From IMG/VR virus record IMGVR_UViG_3300044560_000017: a stretch of 42,355 bases of DNA. The stretch is one strand, 5' to 3'. Below the pieces are notes generated by a model. The model saw only the letters and a list, made by a program, of their open reading frames with translations. It searched no databases and was not told the DNA's origin. This document shows, one piece after another, positions 33,413 through 42,255 of the stretch; position 1 is the first letter of the stretch; the number at the start of each line of letters is the position of its first letter. The stretch comes from a virus. A program made the position numbers and the translations under genes.

Positions 33413-33612
33413 CGATCGACGACCTCCAATCCGTTAGTGAACATTTCAAATGGCTCATGGCCACGCTGCTTAATGACAGCGATTTGCTTATTCGACTTTC
33501 CGTAAACGTCTGGCTTGAGTTCTACTACTTTGCCAACACCAGCAGATACCATCTTGATACCTGTGGCATACGTATCTTCGTAACTGACCTTGTCACCAAC
33601 ATTAATTTTCAT
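33409..33612 (-). CDS. Hypothetical early protein (67 aa)
   Basis: Trimmed to ATG 33612 with GGAGG SD. Confidence 0.55.
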   Translation of the reverse strand: MKINVGDKVSYEDTYATGIKMVSAGVGKVVELKPDVYGKSNKQIAVIKQRGHEPFEMFTNGLEVVDR

Positions 33613-33766
33613 GTTGATCCTCCATTCCAAAAAAGTCTTTCCAAAATGGTGCCCATCCGCCGGCACGTACCACTGATTTACGTAGTTGATAACCAGCTGA
33701 GGCGATCAATACAATTACTGTTAGCCAGAAGGCTATAAAGCCAACTAACAGATAAACTTCATTCAT
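33602..33766 (-). CDS. Small membrane protein (54 aa)
   Basis: MNEVYLLVGFIAFWLTVIVLIASAGY... TM helix. Shares its 23-nt SD/start region with rha. Confidence 0.45.
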   Translation of the reverse strand: MNEVYLLVGFIAFWLTVIVLIASAGYQLRKSVVRAGGWAPFWKDFFGMEDQHEN

Positions 33767-33782
33767 GTGGATCATTCCTTTC
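33760..33782. repeat. 23-bp perfect direct repeat, copy 1 (cattcatgtggatcattcctttc)
   Basis: Identical to 34593-34615. Covers the SD and start codon of the 54-aa ORF. Confidence 0.9.
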
Positions 33783-33840
33783 CGTGTATACGTTCTTAAC
33801 CCTATTGATTTACCAAGATTCTAAAGCTATTGATTCCTCC

Positions 33841-34599
33841 TTAGTATTCTTCGTTCCAAACTTGATACCGGATGGCAAATTCTTTAACGATTGCTGTGTA
33901 AATCTCAATCAGCTTCTTGTCATGGGCAATCACATCAACCTTTGTTGTATTCTTACGCTGAGTTTTTGAAGTCCCTTCCTCAGCCATTCGACGTCTCAGA
34001 TTGGTTAGCCGTGTCTTAAGTGATACCCCGCCTCGCCGGTCTACCTCATCGTAGATGTCGTTGCGAGTCATCTTATATGATTCACCTGTGTTGCCTTGCT
34101 GACGTGCAATCTTGCTAATGAGGTGTGAAGTCTCATTTCGCCAATCCATGGTAGACGTGGCAACAATCTCACTAACACCATCAATTTTGTTTTCGAGGCG
34201 GTGTTGATTACGTTCGTTAGCGGCTAGCTTATCTACAACCCCCTGCATGAATTGAAGCTCGGGAGACAGTGCTGAGGTACGAGACTTAACTTGCTGTTCC
34301 ATCTCATTGAACGCATCAATGTACTGGAGTTTGAATGTGTCTGCTTTGCGGCCGGTAAACCCCATAACAATGAATGAAAATCCATCACGATTCATGTAAT
34401 AGAGTTTGTTAGATTTACCGCTTTTATCTTTGTAAGTCCCCTCCGCAAACATCTTTTGGTACTGCCCCGAATTTTCGGGTGAGCTAATTTTTGCTTCAAT
34501 AGCTTCTAATACGTGGTAATGTTCTTTCCCGAATGTTTCAGCAACTTGCAAGCTACTAGTAACTGCTTGCTTGTCTTTCATGATTACTAAGTCATTCAT
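33841..34599 (-). CDS. Rha-family phage regulatory protein / antirepressor
   Basis: N-terminal KQAVTSSLQVAETFGKEHYHVLEAIE block, position next to cro. Start ATG 34599 preferred. Confidence 0.85.
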   Translation of the reverse strand: MNDLVIMKDKQAVTSSLQVAETFGKEHYHVLEAIEAKISSPENSGQYQKMFAEGTYKDKSGKSNKLYYMNRDGFSFIVMGFTGRKADTFKLQYIDAFNEMEQQVKSRTSALSPELQFMQGVVDKLAANERNQHRLENKIDGVSEIVATSTMDWRNETSHLISKIARQQGNTGESYKMTRNDIYDEVDRRGGVSLKTRLTNLRRRMAEEGTSKTQRKNTTKVDVIAHDKKLIEIYTAIVKEFAIRYQVWNEEY

Positions 34600-34861
34600 G
34601 TGGATCATTCCTTTCAGATGTATAACTTAAAGTTGACTCAGGGGCAAAATTAATCATATCAATAGGTACTTGATACAACTCCGCAAATGCTTTACCGTAT
34701 CCAGGTGCAATATCGTTAGGATTAGCTTCTAAATATGATACCCATTGTCGTGATACCTTTTTTCCAAAATAGTGTCCAAACCATTCAGCTACTTGCTTCT
34801 GACTAAGACCGGCGTTAATTCTTGCTGCTTTTAAAGATATTCTAAATTTAGTATCCTGCAT
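34592..34861 (-). CDS. Cro-like XRE-family HTH regulator
   Basis: LKAARINAGLSQKQVAEWFG HTH. Trimmed to ATG 34861 with AAAGGAGG SD. Divergent from cI. Confidence 0.85.
   Translation of the reverse strand: MQDTKFRISLKAARINAGLSQKQVAEWFGHYFGKKVSRQWVSYLEANPNDIAPGYGKAFAELYQVPIDMINFAPESTLSYTSERNDPHE
34593..34615. repeat. 23-bp perfect direct repeat, copy 2
   Basis: Identical to 33760-33782. Covers the SD and start codon of rha. Confidence 0.9.
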
Positions 34862-34891
34862 GTCGTTCCTCCTTTCTTGATTACAAATATA

Positions 34892-34978
34892 AGTATAGGT
34901 CAACTTTAAGTTATAGTCAATAACTTTGTATAACTTTTTAAAACTAAAAGTTGATTTTATATAACATTATGTTATACT
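34892..34978. promoter_or_regulatory. Genetic switch: divergent promoters and operators
   Basis: Leftward TTGACT-17-TATACT (34892-34920); rightward TTGATT-16-TATACT (34951-34978). Perfect 17-bp palindrome tataacat-t-atgttata (34960-34976). Five GTTATA/TATAAC half-sites between 34910 and 34993. Confidence 0.6.
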
Positions 34979-35011
34979 TTAGTCACCGTTATAGATAGGA
35001 AGTGATTAACT

Positions 35012-35728
35012 ATGAAACCAGAAAACGAAATTTCAAGTCAAATAAAAGTTCTTCGATCTAAAATGGGCTGGTCTCAATCTCAACTAGCTGATAAATTAGG
35101 AGTATCTAAACAATCAGTTTCAAATTGGGAAACAAACCTAAAAACGCCCCGAATGGGAGCGCTTCAAAAAATGTCAGATTTATTTGGCGTCAGCATTGGC
35201 CGGATAACTGACGGAGATAGGTTTGAAAATAATCTAATTCAGAAAACCGCTCAATTAATGCAAAGATTGCCTTATAGTAAGCAGCAAGAAGTATTTGATT
35301 TTGCCAAGAGTCGATTGACACTAAATGTTAATTCTAACGTTATCAAATTTCCTAAAGACGATGACACCCTCGAAATTACCGCCAGTGGTGTCCTCTCTGC
35401 TGGTGTGGGTGAGTTCCTTGATGATTCTACTAAGCCATTCACTGTAACCGTGCATAAGCCTATTCCTAGCGATTATGACTATGCCTTCCAGATCAACGGC
35501 CACTCAATGGAGCCTGTGTACCAGGATAAGCAAGTTGTCTTCGTCAAGAAGGAAGACGATTACCGTGATGGTCAGATCATCGCCGCGGTTATGGATGGGT
35601 GCGCGTATCTGAAAAAGCTGTCAGTAGTTGATGGCGAGGCTACGCTGGTATCACTCAACCCACAATATCCTAATATCAAAGTTGATAAGGAATCTGGCGT
35701 CAAAGTATTAGGCGTTGTGTTCTCATAA
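35012..35728 (+). CDS. CI-like repressor (XRE HTH + S24 LexA-like autopeptidase)
   Basis: N-terminal HTH MGWSQSQLADKLGVSKQSVSNWE. C-terminal GHSMEP (Ser) and AYLKKL (Lys) dyad. Confidence 0.93.
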   Translation: MKPENEISSQIKVLRSKMGWSQSQLADKLGVSKQSVSNWETNLKTPRMGALQKMSDLFGVSIGRITDGDRFENNLIQKTAQLMQRLPYSKQQEVFDFAKSRLTLNVNSNVIKFPKDDDTLEITASGVLSAGVGEFLDDSTKPFTVTVHKPIPSDYDYAFQINGHSMEPVYQDKQVVFVKKEDDYRDGQIIAAVMDGCAYLKKLSVVDGEATLVSLNPQYPNIKVDKESGVKVLGVVFS

Positions 35729-35854
35729 GTCCCCTACATGGGGACTTCTCTTAACACTTCAAAAGAACATACGTTTGATTAACCGGGTGGTTGATCATAG
35801 GTCCGAGTCCTATGTAATCAGTTGATTCACGACTTAAATATGGAGGTTGCTATT

Positions 35855-36166
35855 ATGACAACGTTTGAATTAGAAGAATACTTGGCAGCACATAGCCAGA
35901 TTGTCGACAATTTTCGAGATAAGTATGCTGCGTTCCTAAACGAACAAAACGCAGACCGCCCCACCAATAAAAAGTGGAGTAGTCTGCGCATTGATAACGT
36001 AACTGATAGTGGTGCTAACCGGTTCATTGGCAATATCCAAGCCAAATTGAGTTCAGCCATGAAGCCTCGCCAGAGAAAATCTTATGATGGCTGGGTTGAT
36101 TATATGGAACGCAATGAAACCATCGGTAGCTTGGAAGAGTCCCTAGTTGATCTGGATTTTGTTTAA
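35855..36166 (+). CDS. Hypothetical protein on the lysogeny side (103 aa)
   Basis: Trimmed to ATG 35855 (GGAGG SD). Same strand as cI. No recognisable motif. Confidence 0.5.
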   Translation: MTTFELEEYLAAHSQIVDNFRDKYAAFLNEQNADRPTNKKWSSLRIDNVTDSGANRFIGNIQAKLSSAMKPRQRKSYDGWVDYMERNETIGSLEESLVDLDFV

Positions 36167-36265
36167 AAGGATACTTTATAATATGCAAACACCATGGATC
36201 GCACACTGTTCATCCAGATACTTACTGCCGTATTACGTATACAAAATTATATAATCAAGTTGAAT

Positions 36266-36300
36266 ATAAAAAAAGCCTGAATCTAAAAATTCAGGCTTTC
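36266..36300. terminator. Bidirectional intrinsic terminator
   Basis: A7-gcctgaat-ctaaaa-attcaggc-TTT. Confidence 0.7.
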
Positions 36301-36323
36301 TTACTATAAATTAATATTTACTA

Positions 36324-37775
36324 TTATTGAAAGGCACTAACGCTACCAGTGTTTTGGATAGTAGAAGCACTACCTTTATCTTCCTTAGCAGTGTTGTAGA
36401 AGGCATATGCAATACCATTAGTAGTGTAAGTACCTGCAACACCAGAAGTTAACGTGTAGGTGGTGTGATAAAGTTGTGGTGAGAAAGTTCCCCCCGCATA
36501 TTGCTTAGTATGACCATCAGCATTAACAGCCTTAGCAGAGTTAGGAGCAACCACATTATGATTAGCATCCTTAGCATAAGGAACTGAGGTCAAAGTGTTG
36601 GCCTTGTTAATAGTCAAGAAGTTTTGAACGTCAGCAGCGGTGTAGTTAGCACCATTAGCGCCAGAGAAGGCAGCAGTTAACTTTGGGGTCGTTACTTTGA
36701 AAGGCAATTTACCAGAAGAGCTCAACTTAACTGGGGCGTTAACACCGTCTTGGTAGTATGCAGCAATGCTTTGAACAGCTTGTGCACCCTTAGTAACCGT
36801 TAAGCTAACTGTATCACCGGTCTTTGCAGCATACAAAGCAGCTTTGTTAGCAGCATTGCCTTCTGAGTAAGTATAACCAGTACCCTTTAATAGTGGATCA
36901 CTCCAGGCCTTAGTTGCACTTTTAACCGCATCATAACCAACAGCAGTACCCTTAGCATTTGCCTTAGCAGTACCAATAGCAGTGTTGTCAGCGTTGTTTG
37001 CAGTCAGCTTAGGTAAAGTAGCGGACTTTAAAATCGTACCATTAGGAGCAACAAAGTTTACCTTAACATCAGTTGCTTGGTTGTAAATAGCGGAAGCATC
37101 AGTCGTAACGGCCTTGCTGTAGATCCAACCATTAACCGTAGGGTTTTGTTGGTCTTCAACGTAGTAGTATAATGAGCCTTCACGAGTCTTAGTTTCAGCC
37201 TTAGTGACCTTTAAAGTGTCACCGGCGAAAGGAGTGGTGTTCTTAACAACTTTAGAAGCACCAGACTTGTATTGAGTGTACTTAGGCGCAGTCCAGGTAA
37301 CATTCTTAGTACCAGGATTAGTGAAAGTAACAGTCTTACCAATCATGCTGTCAGTCGTGTTAGCAGTAGTCGTTTCAGCGGCCTTGATCCCGCCGCCGAA
37401 CGTACCGTTAACCTTACCACCGTAAACATAACCACGGTACTTTTGGTCCATGGTTACAACACGGTAGTATACGGAACCACGGTTAGTAATCTTAACACCG
37501 TAAGCACGGAAGTAGTTAGCGGACTTCTTGGAAGCCGCTAATTCTTGAACCTTGGCCTTAGAAGCAACGATTTTAGCCCCTTTAACCGTGCCTGGCTTGG
37601 TGTAGATGGCGTTAGTTCCCGTCAACGAAACGTTTTGCGCCTTGGCACCTAAAGCTGCCTTAGACGAAATCGTGACATGACTTGCAGCTTGCGCTGGCGT
37701 TGCGAAGTTTGCTGCTGCCCCTAAGCTCATTGCAGCTAAACCGACGTACAACGTCTTTTTCAAACTAGATTGCAT
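36324..37775 (-). CDS. Secreted S-layer-protein-like paralog 1 (divergent C-terminal half)
   Basis: Signal peptide MQSSLKKTLYVGLAAMSLGAAANFATPAQA. Conserved block [22 protein letters not shown]...[33 protein letters not shown]. No Cys. From memory this resembles L. brevis Slp proteins. Confidence 0.82.
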   Translation of the reverse strand: MQSSLKKTLYVGLAAMSLGAAANFATPAQAASHVTISSKAALGAKAQNVSLTGTNAIYTKPGTVKGAKIVASKAKVQELAASKKSANYFRAYGVKITNRGSVYYRVVTMDQKYRGYVYGGKVNGTFGGGIKAAETTTANTTDSMIGKTVTFTNPGTKNVTWTAPKYTQYKSGASKVVKNTTPFAGDTLKVTKAETKTREGSLYYYVEDQQNPTVNGWIYSKAVTTDASAIYNQATDVKVNFVAPNGTILKSATLPKLTANNADNTAIGTAKANAKGTAVGYDAVKSATKAWSDPLLKGTGYTYSEGNAANKAALYAAKTGDTVSLTVTKGAQAVQSIAAYYQDGVNAPVKLSSSGKLPFKVTTPKLTAAFSGANGANYTAADVQNFLTINKANTLTSVPYAKDANHNVVAPNSAKAVNADGHTKQYAGGTFSPQLYHTTYTLTSGVAGTYTTNGIAYAFYNTAKEDKGSASTIQNTGSVSAFQ

Positions 37776-37815
37776 CATGTTCTCCCCTAAAAAATAGATT
37801 TATGGTACGTGCTTA

Positions 37816-37842
37816 AGTATAGCAAGCCCCCCACCATTGCAA
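37816..37842 (-). promoter_or_regulatory. Candidate promoter of paralog 1 (TTGCAA-15-TGcTATACT)
   Basis: Extended -10 motif cttgctatact, shared with the paralog 2 upstream region (39394-39404). Confidence 0.35.
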
Positions 37843-37885
37843 AATACTTTTCTGCAATCGGGGTCAAATTTGGTATAAATATGAA

Positions 37886-37925
37886 AATAAAAAGGACTCC
37901 CACCAGTCTCATAATGGGAATCCTT
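37886..37925 (-). terminator. Intrinsic terminator after paralog 2
   Basis: Minus strand ggattccca-loop-tgggagtcc followed by TTTTTATTTT. Confidence 0.7.
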
Positions 37926-37959
37926 CATTAAAGGTTAAAGTTTAGAGGAATAACGCAAA

Positions 37960-39351
37960 TTACGCAATCCAGCTGGTATCAGAGGACGTCACTGTCGCGG
38001 CCCCTTCTGTCAGCGTTGCACTGAAGCTAGCCTTCAACGTATCACCGTAATTAGCTAGACGATTATCACTTGCAAAGTTAGTCGGCTCATAACTAAAGAC
38101 GTAGTGGAATGGTGTCCCATCCGCAGCATAGTAGGTCTTGTCCCCAGAGACACTAGTTGCCGTAATTGCACTAGAGATGGTGCCGAGATTAGTTGCGCCA
38201 ATTTGAGTCCCCTTATCACCGGTCAAGGCTTTGACACCAGTTTCAGATAAAGTTGCTGATAAGTCACTCGCGTAAAGCTTATCTCCAGCGGACAACAAGC
38301 CAGCTACTGGGTTAGTAGCCGTTGAAGCCGTATTCGTGACGGTATCAGCCACCATTTGAATCTTAGACGTTGCTGCTGCTTCAACATTAACGTAAACGGT
38401 ATTCCCGTATTGTGCGGCACTCGTGTCCACCGTTCCATTCGTTGTATAACCACTTGGAACCGAGTTATTAACAAAATCAGATAATGTGACCCCGGCAGCA
38501 TTTTTATCTCCAGCGTTAACCGATGATCCAGCTGTGGTTCCGCTATTTGCCGTAATCCAAGTTGAACTACCAACCGTGGTACCACTATCGTCACGGTAAA
38601 CGACCTTCACACTATTATCGGCCGTTGCCGCCGCATCAGACATGGTTAAGGATAAACCACCCAAGTTTTGCGTTGCCGTATTAGCCACATAGCCTTGACC
38701 AGCAAAAATCCAACCTGATACAGCGGAGTTATTTTCATCCGTTACGTGATAGTACAATGACCCTTCACGTGTCTTCGTCACAGCCTGATCAACTTTAAAG
38801 GTATCCGTTGACTTAGCCCCATACAGACTAACTTTCTTAGCCTTATATTGGGTGTATTGTGGTGCTGTCCACAAAGTATTCTTCGTAACATCCTTAAGGT
38901 AATATCCAGTTGTTCGAGCAGGCATCGGCGCCGTTGTTGTGGTATTAGCAGCTTTAATCCCACCAGCAAAGGCCGTATCGGACTTACCACCATAAATGTA
39001 GCCCCGATACTTTCCGTTCATCGTGACAACGCGGTAGTAAACTGAACCGCGGTTCGTGGTCCGAACACCATAAGCCCGAAAGTAATCCGCAGACTTCTTA
39101 GAGGTCGCTAACGTCTTTAACGTCGTCTTAGAAGCTACGACCTTAGCCCCCTTGACCGTTCCCGGTTTCGTGTACAAGGCATTCGTACCGGTTGCTTCCA
39201 CGTTTCGCTTAGTGGCATCCGTTGTTAAAGTCTTATACGCACCCATTGTGGCATAGGATTTAGCTGAAGCAGTAGATGATACCGCGGCAACGGCACCAAA
39301 ACTCAAAGCCGCTAATCCCAAATAAAGTGTCTTTTTCAAACTCGCTTGCAT
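37960..39351 (-). CDS. Secreted S-layer-protein-like paralog 2
   Basis: Trimmed to ATG 39351: [30 protein letters not shown] signal peptide. Same conserved N-terminal block. C-terminal half colinear with paralog 3. Confidence 0.82.
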   Translation of the reverse strand: MQASLKKTLYLGLAALSFGAVAAVSSTASAKSYATMGAYKTLTTDATKRNVEATGTNALYTKPGTVKGAKVVASKTTLKTLATSKKSADYFRAYGVRTTNRGSVYYRVVTMNGKYRGYIYGGKSDTAFAGGIKAANTTTTAPMPARTTGYYLKDVTKNTLWTAPQYTQYKAKKVSLYGAKSTDTFKVDQAVTKTREGSLYYHVTDENNSAVSGWIFAGQGYVANTATQNLGGLSLTMSDAAATADNSVKVVYRDDSGTTVGSSTWITANSGTTAGSSVNAGDKNAAGVTLSDFVNNSVPSGYTTNGTVDTSAAQYGNTVYVNVEAAATSKIQMVADTVTNTASTATNPVAGLLSAGDKLYASDLSATLSETGVKALTGDKGTQIGATNLGTISSAITATSVSGDKTYYAADGTPFHYVFSYEPTNFASDNRLANYGDTLKASFSATLTEGAATVTSSDTSWIA

Positions 39352-39475
39352 AAAACGAACAACTCCCTTGTCTATTATTTGTAACTGTTTCCAAGTATAG
39401 CAAGGCAACAATATTTCAGATAGTTTTAGCAGTTTGAAGGTTTGTTTTCCTAATATTGGGTTAAAGTTGACAAAA

Positions 39476-39511
39476 CAAAAAGGACTCCAACCGAAGTCGG
39501 AATCCTTTTTT
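39476..39511 (-). terminator. Intrinsic terminator after paralog 3
   Basis: Minus strand ggattccgac-ttcg-gttggagtcc followed by TTTTTGTTTTG. Confidence 0.75.
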
Positions 39512-39544
39512 ATTTACTGTTAATGTTTAATTTAAAGGTTTAAA

Positions 39545-40921
39545 TTAAGCAATCCAGTTACTGTTTGAAGAAGTGTTCTTAGGAGCACCCTTAGTCAAAA
39601 CAGCCTTGAAGCTGGCAGTCAAGTTGTCACCGTAAGTGGCAAGACGGTTGTCAGTCGTGAAGTTATTTGATTCGAAGGTAAATACGTAGTGGTAAGCATC
39701 ACCATTAGCTGCGTAGTAGGTCTTCGTACCAGTGATAGCAGCAGTACCGAATTCATCCTTGATAGCAATCAAATTAGTTTTACCAATTTGAGTGCCCTTA
39801 GTACCAGTTAAGGCCTTAACACCAGTAGCACTTAAGGTAGCAGTTAAATCAGCTGCAGATAACTTAGCGCCCTTAGCTAACGGATTAGCAACAGTAGCCT
39901 TGGCTTCAACATTATCAGCAACTAATTGTACCTTAGACGTAGCAGCAGCCGTTACGTCAACGTAAACCGTGTTGCCGTAAGTAGCAGCAGCGGTGTTAGC
40001 AGTACCAGTCGTGGTGTAACCAGATGGTAAGGAGTTAGTAACGAAGTCAGCTAACTTAGTACCAGCAGCGTTGGTAGCATCAGTACCAACCGTAGCACCG
40101 GCCTTAGTACCAGCAGCGTTAGTGATCCAAGTAGCAGTAGCTACTTGAGCACCGTTAGCACGGTAAACAACCTTAACACTGTTGTCGTTAGTAGCAGCGG
40201 CATCAGACATCGTTAAGGAAAGACCACCAAGGTCTTGGCTCGTAGCGTTAGCAACGTAGCCCTTACCAGCGTAAATCCAGCCAGAAATAGCAGAATTGTT
40301 TACGTCGGTAACGTGGTAGTATAATGAACCTTCCTTGGTCTTAGTAGCAGCTTGGTCTACCTTGAAAGTATCGGTAGCCTTAGCACCGTACATGTTAACC
40401 TTCTTGGCCTTGTATTGGGTGTACTTAGGTGCGTTCCAAAGCGTGTGGCTGGAAACGTCCTTCAAGTAGTAACCAGTAGTCCGAGTTGGGTTAGTAGCGG
40501 TCTTAGTCGTTTCAGCAGAAGTAATCCCGCCGCCGAACGTACCGTTAACCTTACCACCGTAAACATAACCACGGTACTTTTGGTCCATGGTTACAACACG
40601 GTAGTATACGGAACCACGGTTAGTGGTCTTAACACCGTAAGCACGGAAGTAGTCAGCAGACTTCTTAGAAGAAGCTAACTTAGCCATCGTTGCCTTAGAA
40701 GCAACTACCTTAGCACCCTTAACAGTACCAGGCTTAGTGTAAAGTGCGTTAGTACCAGTAGCTTCTACGTTACGCTTAGTAGCGTCAGTAGTCAGCTTGC
40801 TGTAAGCACCGGCAGTTGCATAGCTCTTAGCACTTGCAGTAGTGGTAGTAACAGCTGAAAGACCAGCTAAACCTAACACTGCAGCGCCTAAATAAATGGA
40901 CTTTGCGAATGATGAACGCAT
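39545..40921 (-). CDS. Secreted S-layer-protein-like paralog 3
   Basis: Signal peptide [31 protein letters not shown], conserved N-terminal block, strong AGGAGG SD. Confidence 0.85.
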   Translation of the reverse strand: MRSSFAKSIYLGAAVLGLAGLSAVTTTTASAKSYATAGAYSKLTTDATKRNVEATGTNALYTKPGTVKGAKVVASKATMAKLASSKKSADYFRAYGVKTTNRGSVYYRVVTMDQKYRGYVYGGKVNGTFGGGITSAETTKTATNPTRTTGYYLKDVSSHTLWNAPKYTQYKAKKVNMYGAKATDTFKVDQAATKTKEGSLYYHVTDVNNSAISGWIYAGKGYVANATSQDLGGLSLTMSDAAATNDNSVKVVYRANGAQVATATWITNAAGTKAGATVGTDATNAAGTKLADFVTNSLPSGYTTTGTANTAAATYGNTVYVDVTAAATSKVQLVADNVEAKATVANPLAKGAKLSAADLTATLSATGVKALTGTKGTQIGKTNLIAIKDEFGTAAITGTKTYYAANGDAYHYVFTFESNNFTTDNRLATYGDNLTASFKAVLTKGAPKNTSSNSNWIA

Positions 40922-40996
40922 AGATGAAAACCTCCTAATAATTTCTTTTTAGCAAAAACATTATGTAAATGTCCACAATCATTCTCGCTAACGGCA

Positions 40997-41025
40997 ATTA
41001 TAGCATACGTTACCAACTATGCCAA
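40997..41025 (-). promoter_or_regulatory. Candidate promoter of paralog 3 (TTGGCA-17-TATAAT)
   Basis: Exact 17-nt spacer, perfect -10, ~70-nt leader to the start codon. Confidence 0.5.
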
Positions 41026-41077
41026 AAGAAAACTTTAAAAAATTCACGAAAAAGTCATAATCACTAAAATAGTGCAC

Positions 41078-41108
41078 AAAAAAACCCTTCAACAGGTCAG
41101 CGGAAGGG
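41078..41108 (-). terminator. Candidate intrinsic terminator for leftward transcripts upstream of the paralog 3 promoter
   Basis: Minus strand cccttc-12 nt-gaaggg followed by T7. Confidence 0.45.
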
Positions 41109-41588
41109 AAGAATCATGGATTCATCTATGCAGGTACAATTATATCTTATATGTAGCAAAAAAGCAATGACGATGAAATGTTTGTAACAAAAAAGGACGC
41201 CCTGCTTGAAGGAGCGCCCAATCTTCAAAGAAGGAAAAAACCAACTCTAAAGAAATCTCTTAATGCAGACTAACATCTATTTAATATAATGTCAATAAGA
41301 ATAGAAAGAAGAACGTTTCCATTAAGTTACTAACAGTAGTAGAGAACAAGCAAACCTAATAACACTTACCATCATTTCATTGCTTAACATGCTATGGCTG
41401 ATAATACAATTAGCTATACCAATTTTTACTTTACATAAGGCGGCTTATCCCAAGTAACCCACATTCACCGCGGTACTTCCACATTCCGTTATTTTTTGAT
41501 TGTGAACTTGTCCAAAAAAGAAGTGGTATAGGTCGCAGATTGGCTTTAATTGGGGAAAGGAAGTTTGTGAAATTTACTGGTATTACTC

Positions 41589-41921
41589 CTAGACCGTTCC
41601 CTTAAATTCAACTGTCTCATTCTTTGTATTAACCAAAAATTTGCCAACACTTCCCCGATACTTCACTGATACTTTAAAGGAATACTTGTAATTTACCCGA
41701 GTGTATCGAATACTACTAATTCTTCCCTGATACCCTTGACTACGCAAAACTCTCTTCACTTGGTTCCTTTGTCGCTCAGTAATTCTTGCAGAACTCCGAT
41801 AGATTGTCTTCTTAACGATCACATCTGGATTCAATGGAACAATGTAATCCTTACATTCCAACAATTCCACCAACTTTCTTTTTTTCTTTGGAATTTGACT
41901 TGACGGGTTACGGTTTTCCAT
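41589..41921 (-). CDS. Orphan basic 110-aa ORF (hypothetical; may not be expressed)
   Basis: Open frame in an AT-rich region, KKKRKL tract. No SD (upstream is CTCCCTC). No recognisable motif. Confidence 0.3.
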   Translation of the reverse strand: MENRNPSSQIPKKKRKLVELLECKDYIVPLNPDVIVKKTIYRSSARITERQRNQVKRVLRSQGYQGRISSIRYTRVNYKYSFKVSVKYRGSVGKFLVNTKNETVEFKGTV

Positions 41922-42119
41922 TCAGTTTAGAGGGAGTGACGTTTTGAGCGCAGAATTGTTCCCTGGAATCAGCTATTTGGAATAACTGAACCAGAGTACA
42001 ATTCTACTACTAAAAGTTTCCCCTTAGTTCGTCGGTCGTTAACGCCCGTCGCTTGTCTGTACAATTGCGGTATTGCTACCACCACTCATTATAAACCTAC
42101 GTTTTCGGTTTAGCCTACT

Positions 42120-42141
42120 AAAAAACGCCCTAGCAGGCGTT
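42120..42141 (-). terminator. Weak candidate terminator for the leftward transcript that starts near 198
   Basis: Minus strand aacgcc-tgctag-ggcgtt running into T6; short stem. Confidence 0.3.
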
Positions 42142-42255
42142 GATGATACGTATTTATTTTTGTTCGATCACCAACTAATCAGTGGCACCAAGCCGAAGCT
42201 TCGTTTTACCACCCGCGCCGTTAATGGCCGCGCTCACCATTCACCACCCAGCCGT

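Noticed and set aside
41116-41187. 23-aa plus-strand ORF MDSSMQVQLYLICSKKAMTMKCL with an SD-like GGAAGGGAAG
   Set aside because: It is very short, sits in AT-rich non-coding DNA and has no supporting context. It cannot be distinguished from chance.
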